The notes under the pieces were generated by a model. The model was given only the letters and a program-made list of their open reading frames with translations. It made no database searches and had not been told where the DNA came from. Below, one piece after another: positions 1 to 8,963 of a stretch of DNA of 64,000 bases. Position 1 is the first letter of the stretch, and every line of letters starts with the position of its first letter. The position numbers and the translations under genes are program-made. Origin of the DNA: Thermoplasmata archaeon (GTDB lineage Archaea > Thermoplasmatota > Thermoplasmata > Lutacidiplasmatales > UBA184); contig DATJNY010000029.1 of NCBI GenBank assembly GCA_035507575.1, positions 20,067 to 84,066 on the forward strand, written 5' to 3'.

Positions 1-228
1 GTCCGCGAGGTGATCGAGCCGGGTCAGGAGGGACTGCTCGCGGAGCCGCTTCTCGCGGCGGACCTCGCCGCGAAGGTGAAGACGCTGCTCGACGACCCCG
101 CACTCGCCCGTCGCATGGGCGCGGCGGGGCGACGGCGCGCCGAGGAGCGTTACGGGCTCGCGACGGTCGCCCAGCAGCTGCTCAAGCTGTACGCAGACCT
201 GCACGCAGCTGGTTTATCTGGACCTTGA
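1..228 (+). CDS. Glycosyltransferase (GT-B/GT4-like), C-terminal fragment; N-terminus is outside the window
   Basis: The frame is open from the window edge. The C-terminal sequence ...LLDDPALARRMGAAGRRRAEERYGLATVAQQLLKLY resembles the C-terminal helices of family 1/4 glycosyltransferases. GC3 is high. Confidence 0.55.
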   Translation, partial: VREVIEPGQEGLLAEPLLAADLAAKVKTLLDDPALARRMGAAGRRRAEERYGLATVAQQLLKLYADLHAAGLSGP

Positions 229-1024
229 GACGGGCGGCCTCGGCGCCCGCCGCCTTCTTCCAATCGTCTCCCGAGGAGGCGTAAAGGACGCTCCGGGACG
301 CGTTGATCAGGAGCGCGCGGCCGTGCGCGTCGACACCGTCCCGGACCGCGCTCGACAGCGAACCGCCCTGGGCCCCGACGCCGGGGACCAGGACGGGAAT
401 GCTGTTGCCGAGGAGAGAGCGCGCCGCCCGGAACGCGTCCGAGAAGGTCGCCCCGAGCACGACCCCGACGTTCCCGTGCGCGTGCGACAGGCGACGCGCT
501 TCCCCGACGACCGCCAGCCAGAGCGGACCGCGCGGGGTGGGGATCTCCTGGAAATCCGGCGCGCCGGGGTTCGAGGAGTGGGCCACGACGAAGACGCCGT
601 GCGCCGAGTCCTCCAGGAACGGCTGGATCGAGTCCCAGCCGATCCAGGGGGTCAGCGTGATCGCGTCGAACCCGAAGCGCCGGAACGCGCCGTCCCGCCA
701 GAAGGACATCGTGTTCGGGATGTCGTTCGCTTTGAGGTCGAGGATCCGCAAGCGCGTGGCGCCGATCCGCCGGCACGCCCGCTCCAGGCTCACGAACCCT
801 TCCGGCCCGTACCGGAGGTAGAACGCCATCTGCATCTTGTAGGCGGCCGTGTACGGCAACGTCGCGTCGACGATCCCGTCCAGAAAGGCGTTCAACTGCC
901 GCGCCGCCGGTAGACGGCGGAGGGGCTTCGGCATCTGGGCCGGGTCGGGGTCCAGCCCGACACACACGAGCGAGTCACGGGCCTTGAGGATCCGGTCGAC
1001 CCGGGCTACGAACTTGTCGGGCAC
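182..1024 (-). CDS. pyrF: Orotidine 5'-phosphate decarboxylase, type 2
   Basis: The ORF 182..1507 contains SLVCVGLDPD, DLKANDIPNT and PGVGAQGG type-2 ODCase-like motifs. The upstream 160 codons are R/S-rich and look non-coding, so I placed the start at the in-frame GTG at 1024 (VPDKFVARV...). The start is uncertain. Confidence 0.8.
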   Translation of the reverse strand: MPDKFVARVDRILKARDSLVCVGLDPDPAQMPKPLRRLPAARQLNAFLDGIVDATLPYTAAYKMQMAFYLRYGPEGFVSLERACRRIGATRLRILDLKANDIPNTMSFWRDGAFRRFGFDAITLTPWIGWDSIQPFLEDSAHGVFVVAHSSNPGAPDFQEIPTPRGPLWLAVVGEARRLSHAHGNVGVVLGATFSDAFRAARSLLGNSIPVLVPGVGAQGGSLSSAVRDGVDAHGRALLINASRSVLYASSGDDWKKAAGAEAARLKVQINQLRAGLRTA

Positions 1025-1097
1025 CGGACCCCGGGGGGCGCTCTGGGCCAAATAGATTGCCCCGCCGCATCGTCCACGGTGCGCGCGGACGCCTCCC

Positions 1098-1105
1098 CTT
1101 TTATC
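1098..1105 (+). promoter_or_regulatory. TATA-like element (CTTTTATC) upstream of the RPA gene
   Basis: This is a rare AT-rich octamer in a GC-rich intergenic region, about 35-40 nt upstream of the ATG at 1140. Confidence 0.4.
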
Positions 1106-1139
1106 GGCGCGCCGGGTTCCTCGCCTTCCGCTCGTTACG

Positions 1140-2306
1140 ATGACCGTCTCGGACACCCCCGAACCGCTCGCGGAGACCCGGCTTCGGGCTCTTTCGGTCG
1201 CGAAGAGCCCGGTCGAGATCATCGCCCGCGTCGTCCAGTCGGAACGACGCGAGGTCACCCGTCGATCGGACGGGGGCCGGCGGCCCCTCTTGTCCGGGCT
1301 CCTCACCGACGGCACCGCGACGGTGCGGTTCACGTGGTGGGATCCTCCCCGCGAGGGGATCGAACGGGGCACGGTGCTCCGCGCGGTCGGCGCCGAGGTC
1401 CGGGAGTTCCGGGGCCGGCCCGAGCTCACGTTCACCTGGAAGACCCGGGTCGAGCCGGCGAGCCCGGTCGAGCTCCCGCGGATCGCCCCCGAGGAGTTCC
1501 CGCTCAAGTCCGTCCGGGCGCTGGCGGCTCGCGACGAGGGGTTCCGCGTGCGCGTGCGGATCGTCCGCGTCCAGGCGAAACCCGTGACGGTCGGCGCGGA
1601 GCGCCGCGTCGTCCACGAGGGGCTGATTGCCGACGCGACCGGGACGCTGCCGTTCTCCTCCTGGAGCGACTTCCAGTTGTCCGGGGGCGACGCGGTCCAG
1701 ATCGTCGGCGGCTACCTCCGCGAGTTCCGGGGACGCCCCCAGCTCGTGCTCGACGACCGGGCGACGGTGACCCGTATCGACGCGGACGATCTGCCGGAAC
1801 CGGCCGCGCTCTTGCGCGCCCTGCCCCGCTCGATCGCCCGGGCCGAGGACGAAGGGGGTGGCGATGCGCTCGCGATCGAGGGTGTCGTCGTCGGGCTGCT
1901 GCCGCCGAGCGGACTCGTCTATCGGTGCCCCACCTGTCGGCGCAGCGTCAAGAGCGGGATCTGTCGCGTCCACGGCCAGGTCGAGGGGCAACCGGACCTG
2001 CGGGCCCGCATCGTGCTCGATGACGGGACGGGCGCGCTCACCGTGAACGCGGGCCGCGCCGATACCGAACGTCTGTGGGGCGTCACCCTCGCGGAGGCGC
2101 GCGCGCGGATGCGCGATGAACCGGACCCGAGCCTGCTCGAGGAGCAACTGCTCGAAGTGCTGCTCGGCCGACGCCTCCGCGTCCGGGGGCCAGGGTCGAA
2201 GGACGATTTCGGCGTCACAATCACCCCGGAGTCGATCGAGGTCGTCGAGATCGACCTCGACGCGGCGGCGTCGGAGCTGTCGGCGCGCCTCGAGGGAGGG
2301 CGCTGA
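1140..2306 (+). CDS. Replication protein A large subunit (RPA41-like ssDNA-binding protein with OB folds and a zinc finger)
   Basis: There are repeated OB-fold-like segments (VRFTWWDPP...REFRGRPELTF; LPFSSWSD...REFRGRPQLVL) and a CPTCRRSVKSGICRVHG zinc motif. The stop overlaps the next start (TGATG). Confidence 0.75.
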   Translation: MTVSDTPEPLAETRLRALSVAKSPVEIIARVVQSERREVTRRSDGGRRPLLSGLLTDGTATVRFTWWDPPREGIERGTVLRAVGAEVREFRGRPELTFTWKTRVEPASPVELPRIAPEEFPLKSVRALAARDEGFRVRVRIVRVQAKPVTVGAERRVVHEGLIADATGTLPFSSWSDFQLSGGDAVQIVGGYLREFRGRPQLVLDDRATVTRIDADDLPEPAALLRALPRSIARAEDEGGGDALAIEGVVVGLLPPSGLVYRCPTCRRSVKSGICRVHGQVEGQPDLRARIVLDDGTGALTVNAGRADTERLWGVTLAEARARMRDEPDPSLLEEQLLEVLLGRRLRVRGPGSKDDFGVTITPESIEVVEIDLDAAASELSARLEGGR

Positions 2307-3220
2307 TGGCGCTCCGGGAGCCGGCCTGGCGCGTGACCGCGCGCGAACTCGAGAGTGCGCTCGAGGAGGAACGCGGTGCGGGCGAGCGCGCGGTCTCCTA
2401 CCTCCTCAGCCCCTTCGGGGCCCGGATGAATCGCGTGCTCGTCGCGGGGACGCTCTCTCCGGCGGAACCGATCGGGCGCGACGAGTCGTCCGGGTTCTGG
2501 CGGGCGCGCCTGAGCGATCCCACCGGAGCGATCGCGGTCACGGCCGGCAGCTTTCAGCCGCGTGCCATGGCCCAGTTGCGCTCCGCCCGCGAGCCGCGCC
2601 CGGCGATCGTCGTCGGGAAGGTGCACCTGTATCGGGGCCGGGACGGGGTCGGTTACGTGTCGGTACGCGCGGAGGCCGTTCGCTCAACCTCCGAGAACGA
2701 GGAGCGTGCGATGCTCGTCGACGCCGTCCGCCAGACGCTCGATCGGCTCGACCTGCTCGAGCGCCTCGAAAAGTCCCCCACGACCGATGAGACGGCGCTC
2801 CGCGGCGACGGCACCCCCGCGACCTGGATCCGGGCGGCGCGCGACGCCCTCCAGCGGTACCCCCAGGTCGACCGCGCGGCGTTCCGACGCGAATTGCTTC
2901 CCGTGGTCCGGCGCATCGCCGGCGAATCGGCGCCGCCCCCCGCCGGAACCCCGCCCACGGTCACCGTCACGCGCGCCCCTCCGCCCCGCGCGGCCGCGCC
3001 CCCGCCGACCGCGGCCGAGCGCGCCGAGGAGTCGGTCTTCCTCGATCTGCTCGACGAGATCGCGGAGGTCTCGGTCGACGGCTACGCCGATCTCAAAGAG
3101 GTTCTCTCGCGCCTCGAGACGCAGGGCGTCGTCGCCGACCGCGCCGAATCGGTCCTGAACCGGCTCGAGGAAGAGGGCGTGGTCGAGGAGCCGATCGTCG
3201 GGAAACTCCGCCGGGCCTGA
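2306..3220 (+). CDS. RPA32-like OB-fold subunit with a C-terminal winged-helix-like tail
   Basis: It is translationally coupled to the upstream RPA gene. It has an OB-like core (NRVLVAGTLS...WRARLSDPTGAIAV...GKVHLYRGRDG.YVSV) and a C-terminal acidic helical domain. Confidence 0.6.
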   Translation: MALREPAWRVTARELESALEEERGAGERAVSYLLSPFGARMNRVLVAGTLSPAEPIGRDESSGFWRARLSDPTGAIAVTAGSFQPRAMAQLRSAREPRPAIVVGKVHLYRGRDGVGYVSVRAEAVRSTSENEERAMLVDAVRQTLDRLDLLERLEKSPTTDETALRGDGTPATWIRAARDALQRYPQVDRAAFRRELLPVVRRIAGESAPPPAGTPPTVTVTRAPPPRAAAPPPTAAERAEESVFLDLLDEIAEVSVDGYADLKEVLSRLETQGVVADRAESVLNRLEEEGVVEEPIVGKLRRA

Positions 3221-3250
3221 CGGTCCGGCGGCCCCCGCGTCTCGACAGGC

Positions 3251-3258
3251 TATATATA
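3251..3258 (+). promoter_or_regulatory. Strong TATA box (TATATATA)
   Basis: This is the only perfect alternating TA octamer seen in the window. It lies 104 nt upstream of the FKBP ATG and about 25 nt upstream of the 5' stem of the candidate C/D sRNA. Confidence 0.6.
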
Positions 3259-3278
3259 GGCCCCGGGCTCGGAGGCGC

Positions 3279-3340
3279 GGGGGAATGAGGAACACCTGTC
3301 TCTCCGATTCCGTGACGAGAACTGCGACGAGCTGACCCCC
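3279..3340 (+). ncRNA. Candidate C/D box sRNA (2'-O-methylation guide)
   Basis: The sequence reads GGGGG-A-[ATGAGGA]-12 nt-[CCGA]-TTCC-[GTGACGA]-13 nt-[CTGA]-CCCCC. The C, D' and C' boxes each differ by one nucleotide from consensus and the D box is perfect. There is a 5-bp terminal GC stem, canonical spacer lengths and a TATA box at the expected distance. Confidence 0.5.
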
Positions 3341-3361
3341 AACCCCGGTACACGCTGACCG

Positions 3362-4291
3362 ATGGCCGAAAGGAAACCGTCCCCGCTGCTCGCGATCGTG
3401 CTGGTCGTGATCGTCGTCGCCGCCGGGGGCGCCGGCGCCGCCTTCCTCTACCTCGAGAACCACCGCGGCCCGGGCGCGGGGCCGCTCACGGTCGCGGTCG
3501 GGGACAACGTGACGGTGAACTACATCGGCCTCTTCGCGGACGGCCCCCAGCAGGGGCGGGTCTTCGACACCTCGCTCTACTCGATCGCGTTGAACAACGT
3601 CTCCTGGCCGAAGTCGCTCCAATACGAGTCGCGCGGCGGATCGCCCTCGGATTACACGCCGCTCGGCGTCTACGTCGGGCCCAACGCTCCGTCCTCCGGC
3701 TACACGATCGGCAACCTGACGTTCGGGGGCGTCGTCACCGGGTTCTGGCAGGGTCTCGTCGGGCTTCCGGGGAACCGGACCACCTACATCTCGGTCCCGG
3801 CCCCGCTCGGCTACCCGACCGTGAACGCGTCCTGCTACGTGACGCAGCCGCTCGTCACGACCTACCCCGTCGTCGTGTCGCTCACCCCGGCGCAGTTCCG
3901 CAGCCTCTTCCCGAACGTCACGCTCGTCGCGGGGGCGGTCTACACCGACCCCGTCTACGACTGGTCGGACCAGGTGCTCAGCGTGAACGCCACGTCGGTG
4001 ACCTACGAGAACCTCCCCACCGTCGGGGCGATCTCCAACCCCTCCGGCTGGCCCGTGCTCGTGACCAACATCTCGTCGACGACGATCACGCTGACGAGCC
4101 AGTTGGGCCCGAGCCAGGCCGGCCTGGTGCTCGGCCACGCCAGCGGCTCGGGGTACTGCGGTTCGACCTCGTTCGTGATCAGCTCGGTGAATCTGGCGAA
4201 CGGGACGTACGTCGAGGACTACAATTCGCAGGTGGCGGGCCGGAACCTGATCTTCGTCGTGACCGTGCTCGACATCCTGCGGCCGACGTAG
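3362..4291 (+). CDS. Membrane-anchored FKBP-type peptidyl-prolyl cis-trans isomerase with an extra C-terminal domain
   Basis: It has an N-terminal TM helix (LLAIVLVVIVVAAGGAGAAFLYL). The FKBP-like pattern is GDNVTVNYIGLFADG...VFDTS...GFWQGLVGLPGNRTTYISVPAPLGY. Confidence 0.7.
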   Translation: MAERKPSPLLAIVLVVIVVAAGGAGAAFLYLENHRGPGAGPLTVAVGDNVTVNYIGLFADGPQQGRVFDTSLYSIALNNVSWPKSLQYESRGGSPSDYTPLGVYVGPNAPSSGYTIGNLTFGGVVTGFWQGLVGLPGNRTTYISVPAPLGYPTVNASCYVTQPLVTTYPVVVSLTPAQFRSLFPNVTLVAGAVYTDPVYDWSDQVLSVNATSVTYENLPTVGAISNPSGWPVLVTNISSTTITLTSQLGPSQAGLVLGHASGSGYCGSTSFVISSVNLANGTYVEDYNSQVAGRNLIFVVTVLDILRPT

Positions 4292-4301
4292 GGTCGCCGG
4301 C

Positions 4302-5204
4302 TCATCCGCCGAGGGTGACCTTGCCGCGCTTCATCAACTGCTGGAGCTGCTCCTCGGCCGCCTGATCGATCATCGAGGCGCCGGGTCGGCCGCGCCCGGG
4401 AGCGTACTCCCGGATCGTCCGCCGGGCCTCGTCCCGCCGGGACCGCATCTCGCCGAGCAGCCGGCGCCCTTCCCGGTCGAGGTCGGCCATCTCGCGCGAC
4501 AGCGCGTCGACTTTCGCCATCACCTCGGCCCGGGCCTTGCCCTTCGCGCGCAGCTCCGCGACGAGCCCGCCCGCGTCGACGAGCTTGGCCCGGAGCTCGG
4601 CCATCTTGCGATCGCGCTCGCCTCGGGTCGCCACGAGCTCGGCGCCCAGGCGCTCGATCTCGGCCCGCGCCGCCCCGACCCGCTCCTCCGCCGCCTTACG
4701 CTGGAGCTCGTGCTGGGCGACCACCTCGGTCTGCGCCTCCGCCGCCTTGAGGTCCTTGTGACGCTGCCGCAGATGCGCGATGAGCGCGTTCTCCTCGTCG
4801 ATCGGGAGCGCCCGCGTCTGCTGGCGGTGCTCGAGCTCGGCGATCTCGCGCCGGATCTGCTCCGGCCGAAGCCGTTCGCCCGGCGCGAAGCTGAGCTTGA
4901 GCTCCCGCAAGGCGATGATCGCGGACTCGGCCGCCCGACGGGCCGCGTCGCGCTGGTTCCGCAACGTCGTCATTCGGCGCCCGAGGAGGCCGTGCTCGTC
5001 GTAGAGCCGTTGGACCTCATCCTGAGGAGCCTGGCGTCGGTCGTAGAGCGCCTTCTGCTCGGCCGAGAGCTTGCGCATCTCCCCGATCAGCTCGTCCCGC
5101 TTCCCCTGCAGCGCTCCGAGCCGGGCATCGATCGCTCGGAGGCGGTTGCGGGTCTCCCGCTCCCGATCGAGCTCGTCGTCGGACAGGGCGGCACGCGGGG
5201 CCAC
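4302..5204 (-). CDS. Archaeal coiled-coil protein (COG1340-like)
   Basis: About 300 aa is almost entirely heptad-like E/R/K/L/A-rich sequence. The maximal ORF (to 5318) overlaps the larB 3' end, so I placed the start at the in-frame GTG at 5204. TTG 5228 or ATG 5318 are also possible. Confidence 0.6.
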   Translation of the reverse strand: MAPRAALSDDELDRERETRNRLRAIDARLGALQGKRDELIGEMRKLSAEQKALYDRRQAPQDEVQRLYDEHGLLGRRMTTLRNQRDAARRAAESAIIALRELKLSFAPGERLRPEQIRREIAELEHRQQTRALPIDEENALIAHLRQRHKDLKAAEAQTEVVAQHELQRKAAEERVGAARAEIERLGAELVATRGERDRKMAELRAKLVDAGGLVAELRAKGKARAEVMAKVDALSREMADLDREGRRLLGEMRSRRDEARRTIREYAPGRGRPGASMIDQAAEEQLQQLMKRGKVTLGG

Positions 5205-5268
5205 GTCGCGCGAAGGTCCCGTACCCAAGAAAAGCCCTTCCCCTCCGTCCCCTCGAGGGCGGAGGAGT

Positions 5269-5997
5269 CTACCGGGCAAAGCGCTGGGCCGCGAACAGGG
5301 CGGCGGGCACCGCCCCATCGATGTTCACCACGGCGATCGGCGCGCACGACTGGAGCATCGCGTTCAGCGCCGCCTCCCCACGGCCGCCGCGACCGTAGCC
5401 GACCGACGTCGGGATCCCCACCACCGGAGCGCGAACCAATCCCGCGAGGACCGTCGGCAGCGCCCCTTCGCGGCCGGCGAACGCGAGGTAGAGCTCGGGG
5501 CGCCGGCGCTCCAGCCGACGCGCCGCGGCGAGCAACCGATGCAGTCCCGCCACTCCCACATCGTAGGCGCGAACCGTCCGCACTCCGAGCCCCTCGAGCA
5601 CGGCGCGCGCCTCCTCCGCCAGGGGGACGTCACTCGTGCCCGCGGTGACGAGGGCGACCGTGCCGGGCCGATACGCTCCGCCGAGCGGGCCAAGCAGTCG
5701 GACGATCCGCCCGTGGGCCAGCGTGCGCAGCCGGCCGCGGAGCGCGGGGTCGGCGCCGAGCGCTCGCCGCTGGCCCGGGGAGGGCCGGGAGATCAGAGCG
5801 CCCGAGCCGTTGGACGCCAGGGCGCGGGCGATGCCGAGAAGGTGGTCGACGGTCTTCCCTTCCGCGAGGATCACTTCCGGTACGCCGACCCGGCGCGGCC
5901 GGTCCCGGTCGAGCCGCGCGTAGCCGCCCACGACGATCTCCCGGCGGCGACGCGGAGCCGGCACACGAGCCGCGGGCGGGGACACAACGTTCCGCAC
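5269..5997 (-). CDS. larB: LarB-like / PurE-class (NCAIR mutase-like) carboxylase-hydrolase
   Basis: Motifs: GVPEVILAEGKT...VALVTAGTSDVPLAEEA...VGVAGLHRL...AGREGALPTVLAGL...VVGIPTSVGYG. The start is uncertain: GTG 5997 lies only about 10 nt from the divergent TATA element, and GTG 5964 and 5931 are alternatives. Confidence 0.8.
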   Translation of the reverse strand: MRNVVSPPAARVPAPRRRREIVVGGYARLDRDRPRRVGVPEVILAEGKTVDHLLGIARALASNGSGALISRPSPGQRRALGADPALRGRLRTLAHGRIVRLLGPLGGAYRPGTVALVTAGTSDVPLAEEARAVLEGLGVRTVRAYDVGVAGLHRLLAAARRLERRRPELYLAFAGREGALPTVLAGLVRAPVVGIPTSVGYGRGGRGEAALNAMLQSCAPIAVVNIDGAVPAALFAAQRFAR

Positions 5998-6006
5998 CCA
6001 AGCCGT

Positions 6007-6014
6007 GATATATC
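6007..6014 (+). promoter_or_regulatory. Palindromic TATA-like element (GATATATC) in the larB/ACAD divergent region
   Basis: It is an AT-rich octamer about 35 nt upstream of the ACAD ATG at 6045. Confidence 0.45.
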
Positions 6015-6044
6015 GGGTCCCCGTGGTCCGCGCGCCGCGCTTCT

Positions 6045-7193
6045 ATGCCCGATTTCTCGCTCTCGCCCGAGCAGGAAAGCCTGCGCGATCTCGCCCGAAA
6101 GTTCGCCCGGACCGAAATGGCCCCCCACGCCGCGGAGTGCGACCGCTCGGCGCGATTCCCCGAGGAGATCTATCGCAAGGCGTACGAGCTCGGGCTGATG
6201 AATCTCAACGTTCCGACGGAGTATGGCGGCAGCGGACTCGGCGTCGTCGACCAGTGCCTCATCGTCGAGGAGCTCGCCCACGCCTGCGGCGGCATGACGA
6301 CGTCGGTGATCGCGAACTGTCTCGCGCTCGAGCCGATCCTGCTCGGCGGGACCCCGGAGCAGAAGGACCGGATCCTGAAACCGTTCTGCGCGCAGTACCA
6401 GCTCGCGTCGTTCTGCCTGACCGAGCCGTCGGGCGGGAGCGATGCGGGGGGTCTCAAGACCCGCGCCCGGAAGGAAGGGGATCACTACGTGCTCGACGGC
6501 GAGAAGTGCTTCATCACGAATGCCCCGCACGCCTCCCTCTACACGGTCTTCGCGACCGTCGACCCCTCGCTGCGGCACAAGGGGATCACCGCGTTCGTCG
6601 TGCCGCGCTCGGCGGTCGGTGTTTCCCCCGGCAAGGACGAGGAGAAGATGGGCCACCGCGCCTCGTCGACGAGCACGGTGCGCTTCGACGGCGTGAAGGT
6701 GCCGGCGGCGGACCGGCTCGGCGCGGACGGAGATGGGTTCGCGCTGGCGATGCGTACGCTCGACCAGACCCGGACCCCGATCGGGGCGCTGGCGACCGGC
6801 ATCGCCCAGGCGGCGCTCGATCACGCCGCCGCCTACGCGCTGAAGCGCCAGACGTTCGGCAAGCCGATCGCGGAGCACCAAGCGATCCAGATCAAGCTCG
6901 CGAACATGGCGCAGGCCGTCCATGCTGCGCGCCTGTTGACCTGGCACGCCGCCTGGACGATCGACCACGGCGCGAAGGGGACCCTCGAGTCGTCGATCGC
7001 GAAGTGCTTCGCGTCGGACTCCGCCCTCCACGTCGCGGACGAGGCGATCCAGACGTTCGGCGGGTACGGTTACATGAAAGAGTATCCCGTGGAGAAGCTC
7101 CTGCGGGACGCGAAGCTCACCCAGATCTACGAAGGCGCGAACGAGATCCAACGGACGGTCATCGCCCGCGAGTTGCTGCAGCAGTACGCCTGA
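6045..7193 (+). CDS. Acyl-CoA dehydrogenase (short/medium-chain type)
   Basis: Full-length ACAD pattern: ...FCLTEPSGGSDAGG..., ...YVLDGEKCFITNA..., ...QTFGGYGY...YPVEKLLRDAKLTQIYEGANEIQ. Confidence 0.9.
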   Translation: MPDFSLSPEQESLRDLARKFARTEMAPHAAECDRSARFPEEIYRKAYELGLMNLNVPTEYGGSGLGVVDQCLIVEELAHACGGMTTSVIANCLALEPILLGGTPEQKDRILKPFCAQYQLASFCLTEPSGGSDAGGLKTRARKEGDHYVLDGEKCFITNAPHASLYTVFATVDPSLRHKGITAFVVPRSAVGVSPGKDEEKMGHRASSTSTVRFDGVKVPAADRLGADGDGFALAMRTLDQTRTPIGALATGIAQAALDHAAAYALKRQTFGKPIAEHQAIQIKLANMAQAVHAARLLTWHAAWTIDHGAKGTLESSIAKCFASDSALHVADEAIQTFGGYGYMKEYPVEKLLRDAKLTQIYEGANEIQRTVIARELLQQYA

Positions 7194-7205
7194 GCCGGGG
7201 GGCCG

Positions 7206-7982
7206 ATGGAGATCGTCGTCTGTGTGAAGCCGGTCCCGGAGTCGGAGACCCGGCTGCGCCCGACGGGCGACGGCCGGTCGCTGGATCCCGAGGCGGTCAA
7301 GTTCGTCCTCGCCGGATACGATGAGTCGGCGGTGGAGCAGGCGCTGCTCCTGAAGGAAGCGATTCCCGGCTCGAAGGTGCACGCGGTGGCGTACGGGGTC
7401 GCCCCGAGAACGGAGGAGGTGCTCCGCTCGGCGATCGCCCTCGGGTGCGATGCGGCGACCTGGATCGATGCCGGGGAGGAGACGAGCGGAGACCCGATCG
7501 TGGCGGCCCGGGCGCTCGGCGGACTGATCCGTTCCGTGCCGCACGACCTCGTGCTGTGCGGCAAGCAAGCCGGCGACGACGAGAGCGGCCTCGTTGGGGC
7601 CGCGCTCGGGGAGCTGCTCGAGGTCCCCGAGTTCGGCAGTGTGGTCGACCTGCGCTGGGACGCGGCGACGGGACAGTTCCGTTTCCAGCGGTCGGTCGAG
7701 GCCGGAACGGAGAGCTGGACCGCCGCGACGCCCCTCATCGTCGGGTTGCAGCAAGCCTGGAACGATCCGCGCACGGCGAAGCTCCCCGCGATCCTCAAGT
7801 CCCGAAAGGCGACGATCGCCCGGGCGACCCCCACAGCCGCCGGCGGGGGACGGTCGTCTCCTGAACGGTTCGAGCTCCCGCCGCCCCGGACCGGTGCGAA
7901 GATGATCGAGTACCGCACTCCCGAGGAGGCGGCCCAGAAGCTCGTCCGGATCCTGCGTGAGGAAGCGAAGGTGTTTCCGTGA
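7206..7982 (+). CDS. etfB: Electron transfer flavoprotein beta subunit
   Basis: The sequence [18 protein letters not shown]...[13 protein letters not shown]...[15 protein letters not shown] is typical of EtfB/FixA. It lies directly downstream of the ACAD gene. Confidence 0.9.
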   Translation: MEIVVCVKPVPESETRLRPTGDGRSLDPEAVKFVLAGYDESAVEQALLLKEAIPGSKVHAVAYGVAPRTEEVLRSAIALGCDAATWIDAGEETSGDPIVAARALGGLIRSVPHDLVLCGKQAGDDESGLVGAALGELLEVPEFGSVVDLRWDAATGQFRFQRSVEAGTESWTAATPLIVGLQQAWNDPRTAKLPAILKSRKATIARATPTAAGGGRSSPERFELPPPRTGAKMIEYRTPEEAAQKLVRILREEAKVFP

Positions 7983-8956
7983 GCGGGACCGCCCTCGTCG
8001 TCGCCGAGATCCACGCGGGACGCCTCGCACCGGCGACCGCCGAGGCCGTCGGCGTCGCGCGCTCGCTCGGGCTGACCGTGATCGGCTTCGCTGCGGGATC
8101 GGACGCGGGCTCCGCAGCCGCCGAGTTTGGCGCGCTCGGAGTAACCGAAGCGTTCGCGGTCCCGGACCCGCGCCTCGATACCGCGCCGAGCGGGGCGCGG
8201 ATCGGGTCGATCCGACAAGCACTATCGGCGTCGAATGCGACCACCGTTCTCACGGTCGGAACCGCCCTGGGTCGAGACCTCGTCGGCCATCTCGCGATCG
8301 CCTGGGACGCCGCGGCCGCGACCGGAGTGACGGAGGTCGTCGCGACCGGCGAAGGGTTCCGCGTGCGTCGCCCGATCTTCGGAGGGCGGGCCACCGAAAC
8401 GCGACTCCTGGCCGGCGGCCATTTCGCCCTCGCGATCCGGCCCCACGCCTTTCCCCCTGCGGCGGGCGGCGCGAATCCGTGTACCGTTCGGGAGCTTCCG
8501 GCCGGTGAACTCGCCCCGGGTCTCCTCGCGGCACGACGCACGGGGGTCTCCGCCGCGGCGGCCGGTGCCGGCCCCGGGCTCACCGACGCGTCGATCGTCG
8601 TCTCCGGGGGACGGGGCGTCCGTGCGCCCGAGAACTTCCACTTGATCGAGGAGCTCGCCGCCGCGCTCGGGGCGGCGGTGGGAGCGTCCCGGGCGGTGAC
8701 CGACGCCGGTTGGCGCCCCACCTCGCTGCAAGTCGGCCAGACCGGCCGTGCCGTCTCGCCCCAGCTCTACATCGCGGTCGGGATCTCGGGAGCGATCCAG
8801 CACCTCGTTGGGATGATCAGCTCCCGGGTGATCGTCGCGATCAATTCGGACGCCTCGGCACCGATCTTCAAGGTCGCCGATTACGGGATCGTCGGCGACC
8901 TGTTCCAGATCGTTCCCGCGCTCACCGCCGAGATCCGTCGCGTGCGCGGACTCTAG
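7979..8956 (+). CDS. etfA: Electron transfer flavoprotein alpha subunit
   Basis: A GTGA overlap links it to etfB. It has the C-terminal FAD motif ...[19 protein letters not shown]...[25 protein letters not shown]. Confidence 0.9.
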   Translation: MSGTALVVAEIHAGRLAPATAEAVGVARSLGLTVIGFAAGSDAGSAAAEFGALGVTEAFAVPDPRLDTAPSGARIGSIRQALSASNATTVLTVGTALGRDLVGHLAIAWDAAAATGVTEVVATGEGFRVRRPIFGGRATETRLLAGGHFALAIRPHAFPPAAGGANPCTVRELPAGELAPGLLAARRTGVSAAAAGAGPGLTDASIVVSGGRGVRAPENFHLIEELAAALGAAVGASRAVTDAGWRPTSLQVGQTGRAVSPQLYIAVGISGAIQHLVGMISSRVIVAINSDASAPIFKVADYGIVGDLFQIVPALTAEIRRVRGL

Positions 8957-8963
8957 CCCGCGG

